A stretch of 64,000 nucleotides of DNA from Octopus sinensis (taxonomy: Eukaryota): NCBI RefSeq assembly GCF_006345805.1, contig NC_043010.1:42842001-42906000 (forward strand). The letters run 5' to 3'. The position numbers were made by a program, and so were the translations under genes. Position 1 is the stretch's first letter. Each line of letters opens with the position of its first letter. Below the pieces are notes generated by a model that had not been told where the DNA came from, made no database searches, and was given only the letters and a program-made list of their open reading frames with translations. Positions 1-12,193 of the stretch are shown here, one piece after another.

Positions 1-2311
1 GGATGAAACCATGCTATATTTATGCCTGTTAGTTGGAGAGCAGTAATTGGAGAGGGCACTTGCTCTTGGTATTCAGGTAGGTCTTGGATGGTGGAGCTCC
101 TCAATTGGCCCAAGGTCCTCCTGCATCAAGAGGATAGCATAATCATCTTTTTGTTTTTAATGTTGTATACCATATATACTTACTTTTTAACCAGTTAATT
201 CTTTGTAAACCCAAAACTTTGTCTCTCTTTGAGACATAATGTTTTGGAGTTTACACAGAATCTGTTGTCCTGGTGGCAAATTATAGAAATTATCATTATT
301 TTTCTATTTATTTTTTTTTTGGCCAAGCTTCTCCAATTTTCTTCAGCTCTTATCATCCTTTCACGCTTTTTCTCCCTCCCCTCAACCTTTTATTTTTCTC
401 TCCATCCTCTCCCTTTTTTGTCACTTTGATTTCTTCTTGTCTAGCTGCTATTTTCACCCCTCTACTAAAAACACTAATAGTCATTATTCATACTCACAGC
501 CTTAAAATAACTATAGACTCCTGCCTAATTATTGTTGACTTAATCTTACACTAGCTTACACTTTTTCAGGAAACTAAATGAAAAACTTTCGCATTAAAGA
601 AGGAACATGTCATTTCTCTCCCAGCAGTATTTAAGAACCCTGTCTACATCAGCAGAAAGATCTTCAATCTCTCCTTAAAGATGTAAATATTTGATAGAGC
701 TATACTAGTTAGGGGCTTCAAAATGAAAATTGCCAATACACTCCATTTGCCATGCATACAAAAGAAAAGCACAAATATTATATGATTTGCATAATGCTTC
801 ATCATATGTAAAAACTTTTTAGCTACCTCAAGCTTAATACTGGGGGGTGGGGATGAGTCAATTACATCAACCCCAGTGTCCAAGTGGCACTTATTTTATC
901 AACCCTGAAAGGATCAAAGGCAAAGTTGACGTCAATGGAATCTCAAGCTTAATATTAATTCTTAGTTGCATTAAGAACAAGATAAATGTAATATCACACA
1001 TACCCACCATCAAACAAGAAAATACATGCTAGTCATGAAACTTAATCCTGCATGGAAACAATACTTAATGAGGCAGAAAAGAATACAGTCGTCAAATATG
1101 TTTGGAAATAAAAGCTTCAAACTACAGTATTAAATAGAAAATCCTGGAAATTTCCAGACTCTACTAAGCTAAAAGGTGTGATTGATGTTCAGTGGAAGAG
1201 ACTCTTTAGAAATCTTCATAAACATGACTTCTATTTAAACATACAATCAGAGAAATTAGGGAAATGCAGACACTTTGAAAAGCACCTACTTTGCAACAGG
1301 GAAGCACCACCTTCAGTCAACAAGAGCCAGATATGCATTGGTACCTGATATTTTTTCATTTACTTCTTCAAACTTTCCGACTATATTCTTAGTTTCATAT
1401 TTACCTTTCCTTCCCATTTCCCATCTTTCTGTTAGCTACCCTTAATATTCCCTTTCTTATTGAACTACATTTAATGGTTTTTGTCTCTCCTCAATTTCAT
1501 CTTACAATGATTTTCTCAGTAACCTCAGTATTTACAACGAAAATAAAATAATTTTTGACTGATGAGAATTAGTTATATTATCATGAAACAGAAATTTTAA
1601 AAACTTTGGAAAATATTTTAACACCATCTGGTAACTAGATGAAGACCACAAGGCCAATGGTAATCCTCATAAAAATTAAGTCATCACACACATCAATTCC
1701 AAATGTATCCATAAAGACAATTTTTTTTCTATCCAATTGGGAAAATACCACATTCACTAGGCTCACACCACCACAAATCTCTATGACAGCAGAACAAACA
1801 CTACTTTCATTCCTGCCAAGTTAAAAAGTTCCCAACTTGCACACACAATACCCATATATATATATATAACTATTACACGATTTCTCATGAACCTACTTAA
1901 TCACAGCATCTATTTACACCAACAAAAAATGAAACAAATAATTTCAACACCTCAACACACTTCTCCAATTAATTCTTTCCAGTGAATGGGCACTGATAAT
2001 TCAAGGGATGCAACTTACATTTAAATATTGCTAAATTACTGCCCCTCCCAAACAAAAATTCATCCACAAGTAACGGTTTTTTCTTTCTCCCATAAAAACC
2101 CATATTACCAATGGCTATCTGGAGTAATAACTGAAGACAGATTGAAGAATGAAGGGGAAAGTGGCAATAGCTTGGAATAATTTTGGCCCGATATGTTTCT
2201 TCAAGCATGAAACTTATGTTGTTGTCTCAAACATTATAAGCTGCTAAATATAAAATGTTCATAACTCTTAAATGTATTGGGTAGTTTAATTTGCTAAACC
2301 TATCAACAAAT

Positions 2312-2481
2312 GGCAAGAGAGGAAGAGGCCGACCAAGAACCCGCTGGCTTGACACCATCAAGAGTGATACCGGAATGGACATAGCCAATCTGAAAGAAGC
2401 GGTCCAGGATAGAACTGAGTGGAGGACACTGATCCATCGAGTAACCGAGAGTCGACTTCGACTGAGCGGATAGATAGATAG
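2312..2481 (+). mobile_element. 5'-truncated RTE (BovB-like) LINE 3' end with (GATA)n tail
   Basis: GKRGRGRPRTRWLD...W C-terminus; TSD ATCAACAAAT at 2302 and 2482; CpGs retained. Confidence 0.85.
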
Positions 2482-3678
2482 ATCAACAAATTGCATATAT
2501 TTCTTTTGTCAATACCAAGCATCTGAGAAAATGTTAATGAAATACTAAAAATGCATAAATTGAACATCCAGTTCATCTACTGAATTAATGAAAAAAAAAA
2601 AAATGCTTTCAATATTTTTATTTATCTTTGGTTTATTAAAATTTTGCTTTTACATCCTCCATTTTCCTATCTAAAATGGGTTGGATGACAACATCATAAA
2701 TTAAAAATATAAATAAAAAGAATACTTGTAGAAAAGAAAATTCATAAAATAAACAGATTTCAAAATGTTCACATTGTTGAAACTTATCTTTATTCAATAA
2801 TTATTTTAATATTTTTCTTAATTATTAAACATTTACAAATCTAAAAAAATACTTCTAATTTGCATAGTCCATCAAGTGTACTATCACACTCGATAGTCAT
2901 GTCACAAGGTTTGGAACTGATAAGAATCAACATTGGTACAACAGCCTGGTTAGCTTTCTTTAGAATGATGGCTACCTTGAGAAGGATAGCTCTGATGTAA
3001 AACTAAAAATATTTTTTTGGTTTGTTAAAAATATGTCCCATTGTAAGCTGATATGATTGAACTGGCCACATTTGAAACATACAAGATAAGAGGACAAGTA
3101 CTGATGGTCTTATTTCTGTATAATTTTCATATCTTTGGTGCAAGTAGATTAATCCTTCAACTGTTCTAACTTCCAGTGACAACCAATACCCATTTAAACA
3201 GACTGAGAGTCAAAAAGCCTTAATTCAATAGGTCAAGATTTATTAATGTATAGTATGGTTTTCTACGAATTTCAGATTGTAAAAAGGCTGTATCAATAAA
3301 TATTGCATATATGTCAAATGTGAAAATATATTTCATAAATCATAAAATCAATAATAGTTATCATCAGATTAAAATTTTGTTTAGATTTTTTTTTTTTTAT
3401 AATCTTAGTATTTGCACAATATCAAGAAATAAAAACAAAATAAAGTTATTTAGCTTCAAAACTTTGAAGGGCTTATTTTTCTCTAAAGAGAAAATCTTTT
3501 CAAAAAAAAAAAAAAAATCAGAAAGCGAGTGGATAATTTATGAGTAATTGTCTACATAAATTGATAAAATAAAACCATCAAAACCTCAATAGAGACCAGT
3601 GACATGAAGTCTTAAAAAAATAAAAGTGAAGATATCCACAATTTTGTGGTGAGATTTTATTCGATAATTTTCTGCTGA

Positions 3679-5943
3679 CTAGTTTGGACGAGAATCCTTA
3701 ATTTTGTTTAAGGGTTGCATTCTAAGTATAGATGATTGTGCAGATAACCTGTGAAGTTCTTCAACCATGCGATTAGTCGCTGCTGAAGTTTGTGGAGGCA
3801 TTCTGTTAAAGTCTTCTGCTGCTTGGCAAACGCTTGATGGGGTAAACCTATGAGGTGTCTCTGTCATACGCCTAGAAGACTGAGAATGCTTCATATGTTC
3901 TAGTGTAGGCATGTGTACACTGGAGGCAGGTGGTGAAGATAAAGGTGTAATTGTTGATGAATTGGATAGTGAAGATAGCTTTTGCAATTCTTCAACAGTT
4001 CGTGCAGCTGAAGCACTTGCTGAAGATAATGAAGATAACTGTTGCAATTCTTCAACTGTACGTGCAGCAACTGAATTGGAAGCAATGTTAGATGAAGAAA
4101 GAGTAGATGGTGGCTGCCACGTTAATTGGGTATCTCTTGGTTGCTCCTTTTGTTGTTCTTTCATATTTGAATCAGACAGTGGCATCCTTGAATCAGACAA
4201 TGGCATCCTTGAATCAGACATTGACACCCTTGAATCAGACATCGACATCCTTGAATCAGACATCGACATCCTTGAATCAGACATTGACATCCTTGAATCA
4301 GACATCGACGCCCTCGAATCAGACATTGATGCTCTCGAATCAGGCATTGACATCCTTGAATCAGACATCGATGCCCTTGAATCTGACATTGGTGCCCTTG
4401 AATCAGGCATCGATACCCTTGAATCAGGCATTGACACTCTTGAATCAGGCATCGGCACTCTTGAATCAGGCATTGACACTCTTGAATCAGGCATTGACAC
4501 CCTTGAATCAGACATTGACGCCCTTGAATCAGACATTGACACCCTTGAATCAGACATTGACGCCCTTGAATCAGACATTGACACTCTTGAATCAGACATC
4601 GACACCCTTGAATCAGACATTGACACTCTTGAATCAGCTTGTAGACGTTCAGAACTATCAGTAGAAGCCTGCATCAAGGCACCAGCAGCTGCTGCGGAAA
4701 GTCTTTCGAGCTCTTCTACAGTGTTAGAGGCACTGGACTGACCTACTAGCATTACATAATTTTCTAGAGATGCATGGGTTTTCTGATGGTTTTTCAAGTT
4801 GGTCTGATGGCTGAAAGCCTTACCACAATGAGTGCAAACAAATGGTTTTTCGCCAGTGTGCGTTCGACGATGGTTTTTCAAATTAGTCATGTGGCCAAAG
4901 CCCTTTCCACAGTGACCACAGATATATGGTTTCAATCCAGTATGAGTCCTCTCATGATTACGTAGATTGGTTAGATGACTAAAACGTTTACCACACATTC
5001 CACATACAAATGGTCTTTCTCCTGAGTGAACTCTCAGATGATTTTTCAAGTTAGTTTGATGACTAAACGCTTTGGGGCAGACAGGGCATTTATGAGGTTT
5101 CTCCCCTGTATGAGAACGTTCATGGTCACGAAGACGGGCACGCACAGGGAATGCTTTCCAGCAGTAGGTACAATGGAAATGTTTACGTTCTGCTGGAGTT
5201 TCTTCATGGTGAGATAGATTTGATTGTCGGGAAAACGCCTTGCGACACGTCTCACACTTATATGGTTTGTCTTTGCCTTTCTCTGATGGTGGAGTCAGCA
5301 TAGAGAAAGGAAGAATACTTTTATTTGTTAGAGCTGTAGTTGCCATGGGAAGTGTTGCTAGTGGTGTAGCTACTGATGATGTCAAAGCAGTTTTCTTACT
5401 CGTAACATTTGAAGGTGCTGTTGTTGTAATAGTTGTTGTTGTTGCTGCTGCCGCAGTTATTGCTGTTGTAGTTAATATTGGTAAGGGTGTAGTAGAAGAT
5501 TTCCTGTTTTGTTGGAAATTCTTCTGTCGACCATTGTTATTTTTTGGCATTAAATGATTAAGGTGTTGATGATGATCAATAGGAGGTAAAAGCTTTTTAG
5601 CATTATTCCGACAATTATTTGTGGAAGCAGTACAGTTGTTGTTATTGCTGCAGTTGTTGTTATTGCTGCAGTTGTTGTTGTTATTGCTGCAGTTGTTGTT
5701 GTTATTGCTGCAGTTGTTGTTGTTATTGCTGCAGTTGTTGTTACTGCCATGATTACAAATATCAAAATTCATTTGATGATTAGGTGGCATATTAAGATGA
5801 TGATGGTGATGATGATGATGGTGTGGTGTATTCATTTTGAATGGGAAATTGGGAGCATTTAAATAAAAAGGGTGCGAGTTTAAAAATGAACAAGCATCAC
5901 CATTTTTTTTTGTGTCTTTTTGTTTATAAGCAGAAGAACACAT
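3679..5943 (-). CDS. C2H2 zinc-finger protein, 754 aa: poly-His, (CSNNNNN)n, Thr-rich tract, 1 degenerate + 5 intact tandem fingers, 22 x 7-aa SDSRxSM repeat, repeated VEELxxLS motif
   Basis: Long uninterrupted ORF with CxxC-x12-HxxxH fingers and HTGEKP/HSGERP linkers; an in-frame TGA lies just upstream of the ATG. Confidence 0.95.
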   Translation of the reverse strand: MCSSAYKQKDTKKNGDACSFLNSHPFYLNAPNFPFKMNTPHHHHHHHHHLNMPPNHQMNFDICNHGSNNNCSNNNNNCSNNNNNCSNNNNNCSNNNNCSNNNNCTASTNNCRNNAKKLLPPIDHHQHLNHLMPKNNNGRQKNFQQNRKSSTTPLPILTTTAITAAAATTTTITTTAPSNVTSKKTALTSSVATPLATLPMATTALTNKSILPFSMLTPPSEKGKDKPYKCETCRKAFSRQSNLSHHEETPAERKHFHCTYCWKAFPVRARLRDHERSHTGEKPHKCPVCPKAFSHQTNLKNHLRVHSGERPFVCGMCGKRFSHLTNLRNHERTHTGLKPYICGHCGKGFGHMTNLKNHRRTHTGEKPFVCTHCGKAFSHQTNLKNHQKTHASLENYVMLVGQSSASNTVEELERLSAAAAGALMQASTDSSERLQADSRVSMSDSRVSMSDSRVSMSDSRASMSDSRVSMSDSRASMSDSRVSMPDSRVSMPDSRVPMPDSRVSMPDSRVSMPDSRAPMSDSRASMSDSRMSMPDSRASMSDSRASMSDSRMSMSDSRMSMSDSRMSMSDSRVSMSDSRMPLSDSRMPLSDSNMKEQQKEQPRDTQLTWQPPSTLSSSNIASNSVAARTVEELQQLSSLSSASASAARTVEELQKLSSLSNSSTITPLSSPPASSVHMPTLEHMKHSQSSRRMTETPHRFTPSSVCQAAEDFNRMPPQTSAATNRMVEELHRLSAQSSILRMQPLNKIKDSRPN
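4166..4640 (-). repeat. Coding 21-bp minisatellite, about 22 copies (unit CTTGAATCAGACATTGACACC on +)
   Basis: Directly visible tandem array encoding (S/P)DSR(V/A/M)(S/P)M. Confidence 0.95.
5632..5745 (-). repeat. Coding repeat (GTTATTGCTGCAGTTGTTGTT)n encoding CSNNNNN
   Basis: Tandem 18-21 bp units visible. Confidence 0.9.
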
Positions 5944-6194
5944 GAAGCCAAAACTGTGACTACTGGAACTAGACAGTCATAGAAATGTTTAAATCTTTTC
6001 AATTCGTCTTACAAATTCCACCTGCAAAATATTGACTTTGTATATGATGCTTAACATCCAATTTAACTTCTATTTCAAAGATCAGACATAGGGAAGGAAA
6101 GAAGCTTCAGCAACAAAGTTGAATTAAACTTGTTTTCAAGTTTGTAAACGCCATGCTGAGACATCACTTGGAATGTTTACTTATTCAGTGTATA

Positions 6195-6235
6195 ACAAAC
6201 CTGAAAAATTATAGTTAGAAATTATTTTAACATTT
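6195..6235 (-). other. Candidate splice acceptor of the ZNF1 coding exon (TTTTTCAG|G, exon starts 6200); alternative TTTTGCAG|G at 6022
   Basis: Minus strand reads ttctaactataatttttcag|gtttg, with a branch-like CTAAC. Confidence 0.55.
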
Positions 6236-6443
6236 ACAAATATAATTTTAGAAAAAAGAAAACGTTTTTGCATAAATATATATTTATTAGAACTGGCTTA
6301 TCCTACTTAGATTTTGTAACTTGTATTGATTATATTGTCAACATAGCGAGAAAAGACAACGAACTCTATCAATGAAAGAAACATAGAGAAAGTGAGTAAG
6401 TATTAACTACTTAATCACCAAGTGTATACCCTAAACTCTTTAA

Positions 6444-6662
6444 CCCTTTCATTACCAACCCAGCTGAAACTGGTTCTGGCTCTGAGTAGAAATGTCTTGT
6501 TTCATAAGTTTTGAATTAAAATCTTCCACCAAATCTTAGTCACAATTTATGTTCCTAACACTAACTGAATGATAACTCAGTTATTTTACTAAATATTTTG
6601 TTATATTTAAAGTAATTGAAAGAAACACAGAACATCTCAAAATAAATACAGTAACAAAGGGG
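6444..6662. mobile_element. piggyBac-type MITE (family A)
   Basis: TTAA|CCCTTT...AAAGGGG|TTAA; second copy at 30300-30720. Confidence 0.8.
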
Positions 6663-8810
6663 TTAAAGAATTTGAAATAGGTACTGCATATTCAAACCTT
6701 ACATCTTAGAATTGCAGCCCATGACAAAGCAAGAATGGTTATAACATAACAGTGCAAATATCATATAATTCCAAATAAGATGACAGCACACCAATTCTCT
6801 AGGGGCTTTTTCCAAGCACTTCAAAAGCTACATTACCCATACAGCAATTGGCCAGAGTTAGAAGCTAAGAAATAGAAAGAACTAAATAACAGAAAGAAAT
6901 ATTTAAGATTGAAAAGGTATGAGGCAAAACCATATTTTTAGATTATAGCAAAGAGCACACACGAGACAAGTTTTTTAAAGCCAGCCCTTAAAATAAAATT
7001 TGAAAAAAATATATATCTACTTACAGAATGTCAAATTATATTTTAAAATACCATATATAAATCTATAACTATGCATTGGTCATAAAAACTGGTAAATCTT
7101 ATGTCAAATATATGTTTATGTCCCCAACCCATCAGAAACTAAGAAATTAGATACAAAGACAATTTTCCACTTACAAGACACAACTCCAAGTGATTTACCA
7201 AGAAGTTATGCTGTTAACATACAGATGAAAATATAAACACCCATATAACATATGGAAGAAATTACAAATATCAACTAAAAAGCATCATGAGAGTAAAAGG
7301 AGCTTTTGCACTCTGAAAGTTCTCATTTTGGTCTGTTGTAATTGAGATATAAAAAAAATTTGACAAACTTTCTTGCTACTTTTCAGTATGTCACTAAACT
7401 GCCCATTTTGCAACGAATATTTTTTTCACTGCTTTCGCAGATTTCCATGACTATGTTGCCACCCAATTCCACTATTATGAATATGAATTGAGAGCCTGAG
7501 TTATAGTGAATCTTTCATTAGCCAATTACACAACCACGGATGCAACCCCCATGGATGTGTTACAGTTACTCTCTCGATATAGCTTGGTGATTCTGACCAT
7601 TGCTTTTCTAAGATTCCTCCACTCAGCATCAATGTAAGAAGCATCATTGGCTCAGTTAGCTCTTCTGCTACCTCTTCACAATCAGCCATGCTGCAGTTTC
7701 CATGACTTCACCATATCCCTGGCAGGGTGGCTAAACTGGTGCTATGTGTTGCCAAAGGACAGCCTGTAACTATGCAGTGCACAGTCGTCATTCCATGAGA
7801 TATTTTCAAAATACCAACAGCCACTATACTTTATCAGAAATACAACAAACTCCATTCTAGATTCACTTTCTCTACTTTCCTCTTATCACCATTACCACAA
7901 ATGATTCACATCACTAGGTATAACCAAAGCTCTAAAAATGATTGTGTCTAGTTGACATTTCAACTTATTCTTGTAAATTGTGTAATTCCAAGTAGACTTG
8001 TCCTAATCATTGCTTTTAAACACACCCCAAACAATTATGCTAATTTCATAACTATCACATAAATATTTCTAAATAACCCACTGTTTTTTTCACTTTGAAT
8101 CTTTTACTTTCCACAGTGCTCAATCATTCCATGAATTTCTACTCTTCAAATCTAAAAGACTTTCAATTCTAATTCATACAAAAATCTTTTTTCGATGTCA
8201 CTCAGTTATAAGCTCCATCTGTTCCTGATTATTTGGATTGAAAAACACATCACAACAGTATTTATTGAAAGAACACACAAGTCCTTACTCCATATACTTG
8301 GACAACTATATATCTCATTCACTAATAATCTATTTAATATCATCTCTGAACTAGCTTAAATGATATTTTATAAATGCGGATAAACATATCTGGCATGCCT
8401 GCACTGAGTGATAGAGTGAAAAGAACGTGTGAAACAGATTTAAAGTACAGAGAACTAAGATTTAAAAGAATCAACAAAACGTGAACTCTTAACTAAAGGA
8501 AGATTACAAAAACATTATGGAAAAGACAGAAAGGCTTTGAGCTCCAAAGAATATTTTGTAACACTCAGTAAATAAAAATATACTAATTACAATTCTAACC
8601 CAACTCCCAGTCTGAGAAACATCAACATTTTAACAAGTGTTTTTCATAACAGAGTAAATTGAATGGATCTGCAGGATAGCAATCTGATACACACACCTCA
8701 CTGTGTGTGTATCAAACTTTTTCCCCCTGTACCATTCTTTTTTATTGTTATGATGTTTCTGTGTATGATATTTTACTAATGTACATCATCTATACATGTT
8801 ACACATTTAT

Positions 8811-8975
8811 GTAAAAGCACCCACCACACTCTCGGAGTGGTTGGCGTTAGGAAGGGCATCCAGTCGAAGAAACATTGCCAAATCAGACTGGGCTTGGTGC
8901 AGCCTTCTGGCTTCCCAGACCCCAGTTGAACCGTCCAATCCATGCTAGCATGGAAAGCGGACGCTAAAAGATGAT
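8811..8975 (+). mobile_element. RTE LINE 3' tail fragment
   Basis: Matches the tail of the RT-bearing copies at 47.5 and 58.8 kb. Confidence 0.8.
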
Positions 8976-9239
8976 ACAAGTCTCTCTTTTGCAAACATCA
9001 ACAAATATTTTTTAGTCCTTCACTACACTCTCAATCTGTTTGAACTCTGCCTTTTATCCAATGGATATCGCACACCTCTCTCTTCTGCAAATCACTTACA
9101 TTTGATTCTCATGTCTCATTATTGTGCAATATCATATAATCCTATGCACAAATCACAGTTTGCTTTTTGCAAAGAGAGAAAATCTTGCACTTTTCTAGCT
9201 ACCATATTTTATTTACAACCCTATCATTATTTATAATAC

Positions 9240-9860
9240 TTAACCCATTAGCATTTAAACCAGTCATATCCAGCCAAAATATTCTAACTGGCTGGTGGCA
9301 TGTAAAAAAGCACCATCCGATCGTGGCCGTTGCCAGCCTCACCTGGCCCCCGTGCCGGTGGCATGTAAAAAGCACAATCCAATCGTGGCTGTTGCCAGCC
9401 TCGCCTGGCCCCCGTGCCGGTGGCACGTAAAAAATCACCATCCGACCGTGGCTGTTTGCCAGCCCCGTCTGGCACCTGTGCCAGTGGTACGTAAAAAGCA
9501 CCCACTACACTCATGGAGTGGTTGGCGTTAGGAAGGGCATCCAGCCATAGAAACAATGCCAGATCAGACTGGGCCTGGTGCAACCTTCTGGCTTCCTGGA
9601 CCCCAGTTGAACTGTCCAACCTATGCTAGCATGGAAAATGGACGTTAAGTGATGATGATATCCAGCCAAAATATTCTAACTTGTTTTATGCTGAAACTGG
9701 CCAGATCCAGCCTCTCACACCAACCCTACAATGTTATTCTAAAATTAAACAACTACACCTTCAAAATCTCGAAACTATGAGACAATGCATAGTTAATTCA
9801 AAACAATATGAATAAATAGGCATTACAACTGATAGAGAAATTTAAATGCTAGAGGGTCAA
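9240..9860. mobile_element. piggyBac-type MITE (family B) interrupted by an RTE 3' tail (9290-9657)
   Basis: TTAACCCATTAGCATT start; ~23-bp TSD ATATCCAGCCAAAATATTCTAACT flanks the RTE tail; intact copy at 33035-33258. Confidence 0.8.
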
Positions 9861-10231
9861 AGTAATTCAAAGGCTGTTCATTTATAGCATCTGAGATACT
9901 GACTGTATTAGCCAGCCAGAGATTTCACCATGCATATTAAGTAAAAATTGGTTGCAATGTGTACATAGTTTCAAGTGTTTACTTATTGACTTCCTACAAA
10001 TTTAGCAAGCCAGCTCCCAGATAGCACTGATATTGTATACTCACTTTTGCTATCTAGTACTTTGGTCTATGTCATGTTAATGCCATCAGGCCTTTGAAAT
10101 CTAGACCATGCTTTCAGGTGTGAAACTTCTTTTTGCAACTCTCACAAATTTTGCAATGAGAACTAGAATAAAAGTTCTCAGGGATAACCAGTCATGAAGT
10201 CATGACAAAACTTCAAGAGCTGTAACAAATA

Positions 10232-10447
10232 TACTTTTCTACTGTAGGCACAAGGCCTGAAATTTTGGAGGAGGGGACCAGTTGATCAGATCGATCCCAG
10301 TTCACAACTGGTACTTAATTTATCGACCCCGAAAGGATGAAAGGCAAAGCTGACCACGGCGGAATTTGAACTCAGAACGTAAAGACAGACAAAATACTGC
10401 TTAGCATTTCACCAGGTGTGCTAATGTTTCTGCCAGCTTGCTGCCTT
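10232..10447 (-). mobile_element. tRNA-derived SINE (family B)
   Basis: Reverse complement of GAGCTGGCAGAA...GAGTTCAAATTCC...CTTTGCCTTTCATCCTTTCGGGGTCGAT, multicopy in window. Confidence 0.8.
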
Positions 10448-10584
10448 AGAGCTGTAATAAATATAAAGAGACTGAAGACAATGCCATTATCACTTCAATC
10501 AATTTTCAACAGAAATACCGTGGCTCAACAGTCTGGCAAAAACTGAAACTACACCTTAGCAACTTGTTTCGACTTTGCTAAAAT

Positions 10585-11027
10585 GCCAATGCCAGTGGCA
10601 TGTAAGCAAACCATCCGAACGTGGCCATTGCCAGCACCACCCGGACGGGCCTCCGTGCCAGTGGCACGTAAAAAGCACCATCCGATCATGGCCGTTGCCA
10701 GCCTCGCCTGGCTGCCGTGCCGGTGGCATGTAAAAAAGCACCATCCGATCGTGGCTGTTGCCAGCCTCGCCTGGCCCCCGTGCCAGTGGCACGTAAAAAG
10801 CACCATCCGACTGTGGCCGTTTGCCAGCCCCATCTGGCACCTGTGCCAGTGGTACGTAAAAAGCACCCACTACACTCACGGAGTGGTTGGCGTTAGTAAG
10901 GGCATCCAGCTGTAGAAACAATGCCAGATCAGACTGGGCCTGGTGCAACCTTCTGGCTTCCTGGACCCCAGTTGAACTGTCCAACCCATGCTAGCATGGA
11001 AAGCGGACACTAAATGATGATGATGAT
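10585..11027 (+). mobile_element. RTE 3' tail with ~60-bp tandem units and (GAT)n end
   Basis: Repeated GTGCCGGTGGCACGTAAAAAGCACC units. Confidence 0.85.
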
Positions 11028-12193
11028 ATCAGCTACTTCAAAGACTTGGTCCATCAGTTTGAGATTTTAGTGCATATCCCTTATCCTATTACTAATACTA
11101 AGCATGTAATTTGCATATGACCCACATATCACGATGCTCCCAATATCAATAACAAGTACTTGAAAGTATTTAAACACCATAATCAAAGGCCCACAATCAA
11201 AATTACTCTTTTAAGAACATTTGAATAGGGTTATTTTTTCTTTTGCTATTTTGTCTGAGATATGTTTTTCATGCCCTCCTACACACTTGAAGATTGACAT
11301 AGTTGATATTAGGTTTGAACTTCTATAGACTAATGTTTGTTGGGGATTCTAGAGGACTGCTACAATGAAGATTGACAGGAAGTATTTAACATAGGATTTG
11401 GAGGATGAGACATAACAGAGATGTTGCAAAGAGGAGAGATGGGTGCACTAAATGGACTTGTTCAGAAGAGTAGGGAGTTACTATAGTAGTAGAATTAATA
11501 AAAGAAAGGTCATATCTGTGGGTGAATGACAGTAGCACTTCAGAGTGAATTTGTACCAATCAACTGGATGGTCATTTTTGGACACAGCCTAGAATATTTG
11601 TAGCTGTAGCAGCTGTACTGTCAAGGATATGAAAGTATCACTTTTATGTGAGTCACACTTGAGCTTTATAGTGTCATCAAATGATCAGACCTCAAATACT
11701 TGAGATTGAAAACAAAGCCTAGATTTTGGATGCAGTTTTGACAATATTACAGATGCATTATGGCTATGAGAATTTGAGCAGCCAAGACAAAAGGTAGAGT
11801 ACTCGATGCAGGCACAAAAAAAAAAAAAAAAAAAATTGAAATCACATATGGCTAGGATCCAGAAGTTCATTTTGTAATAACGTTGTGGATGTGATCTCAT
11901 TGCACAGTGCCTTAATTGTCATCACTCACAGCTTAAGCTTGACAAATACTTTGTAATATGAAAACTTTGCAGAAGCCTGTTGTGTATATCTATCTATCTA
12001 TCTTACACTGATATAGATCAAGCTGGAAAGACAAAAATTAGGTGTTCTTTGAAAGAAGTCTTTTGTGATATTATTCTTGTCACTATCAATCAGTGACTGA
12101 CATGTTGAAAACCAATGACACCCATGTTTACCAGTTGAGATACAAAATAAAAAAAATTCATTTGGTGACAAACAAAACTTTGAAACAACTAGA

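Noticed and set aside
1559-1600. CTGATGA...GAAAC hammerhead-like spacing
   Set aside because: No convincing stem II, stem I or cleavage triplet
4166-4640. CRISPR-like appearance of regular repeats
   Set aside because: No unique spacers, in-frame coding, eukaryotic context, no cas genes
3911-4741. 276-aa and 185-aa antisense ORFs (LESDID and LNQT repeats)
   Set aside because: By-products of the stop-free 21-bp repeat opposite the real ZNF CDS
9167-10984. ORFs with CHRH/CHWH repeats (also at 28, 46.7 and 61.3 kb)
   Set aside because: Translations of the non-coding RTE 3' UTR tandem units
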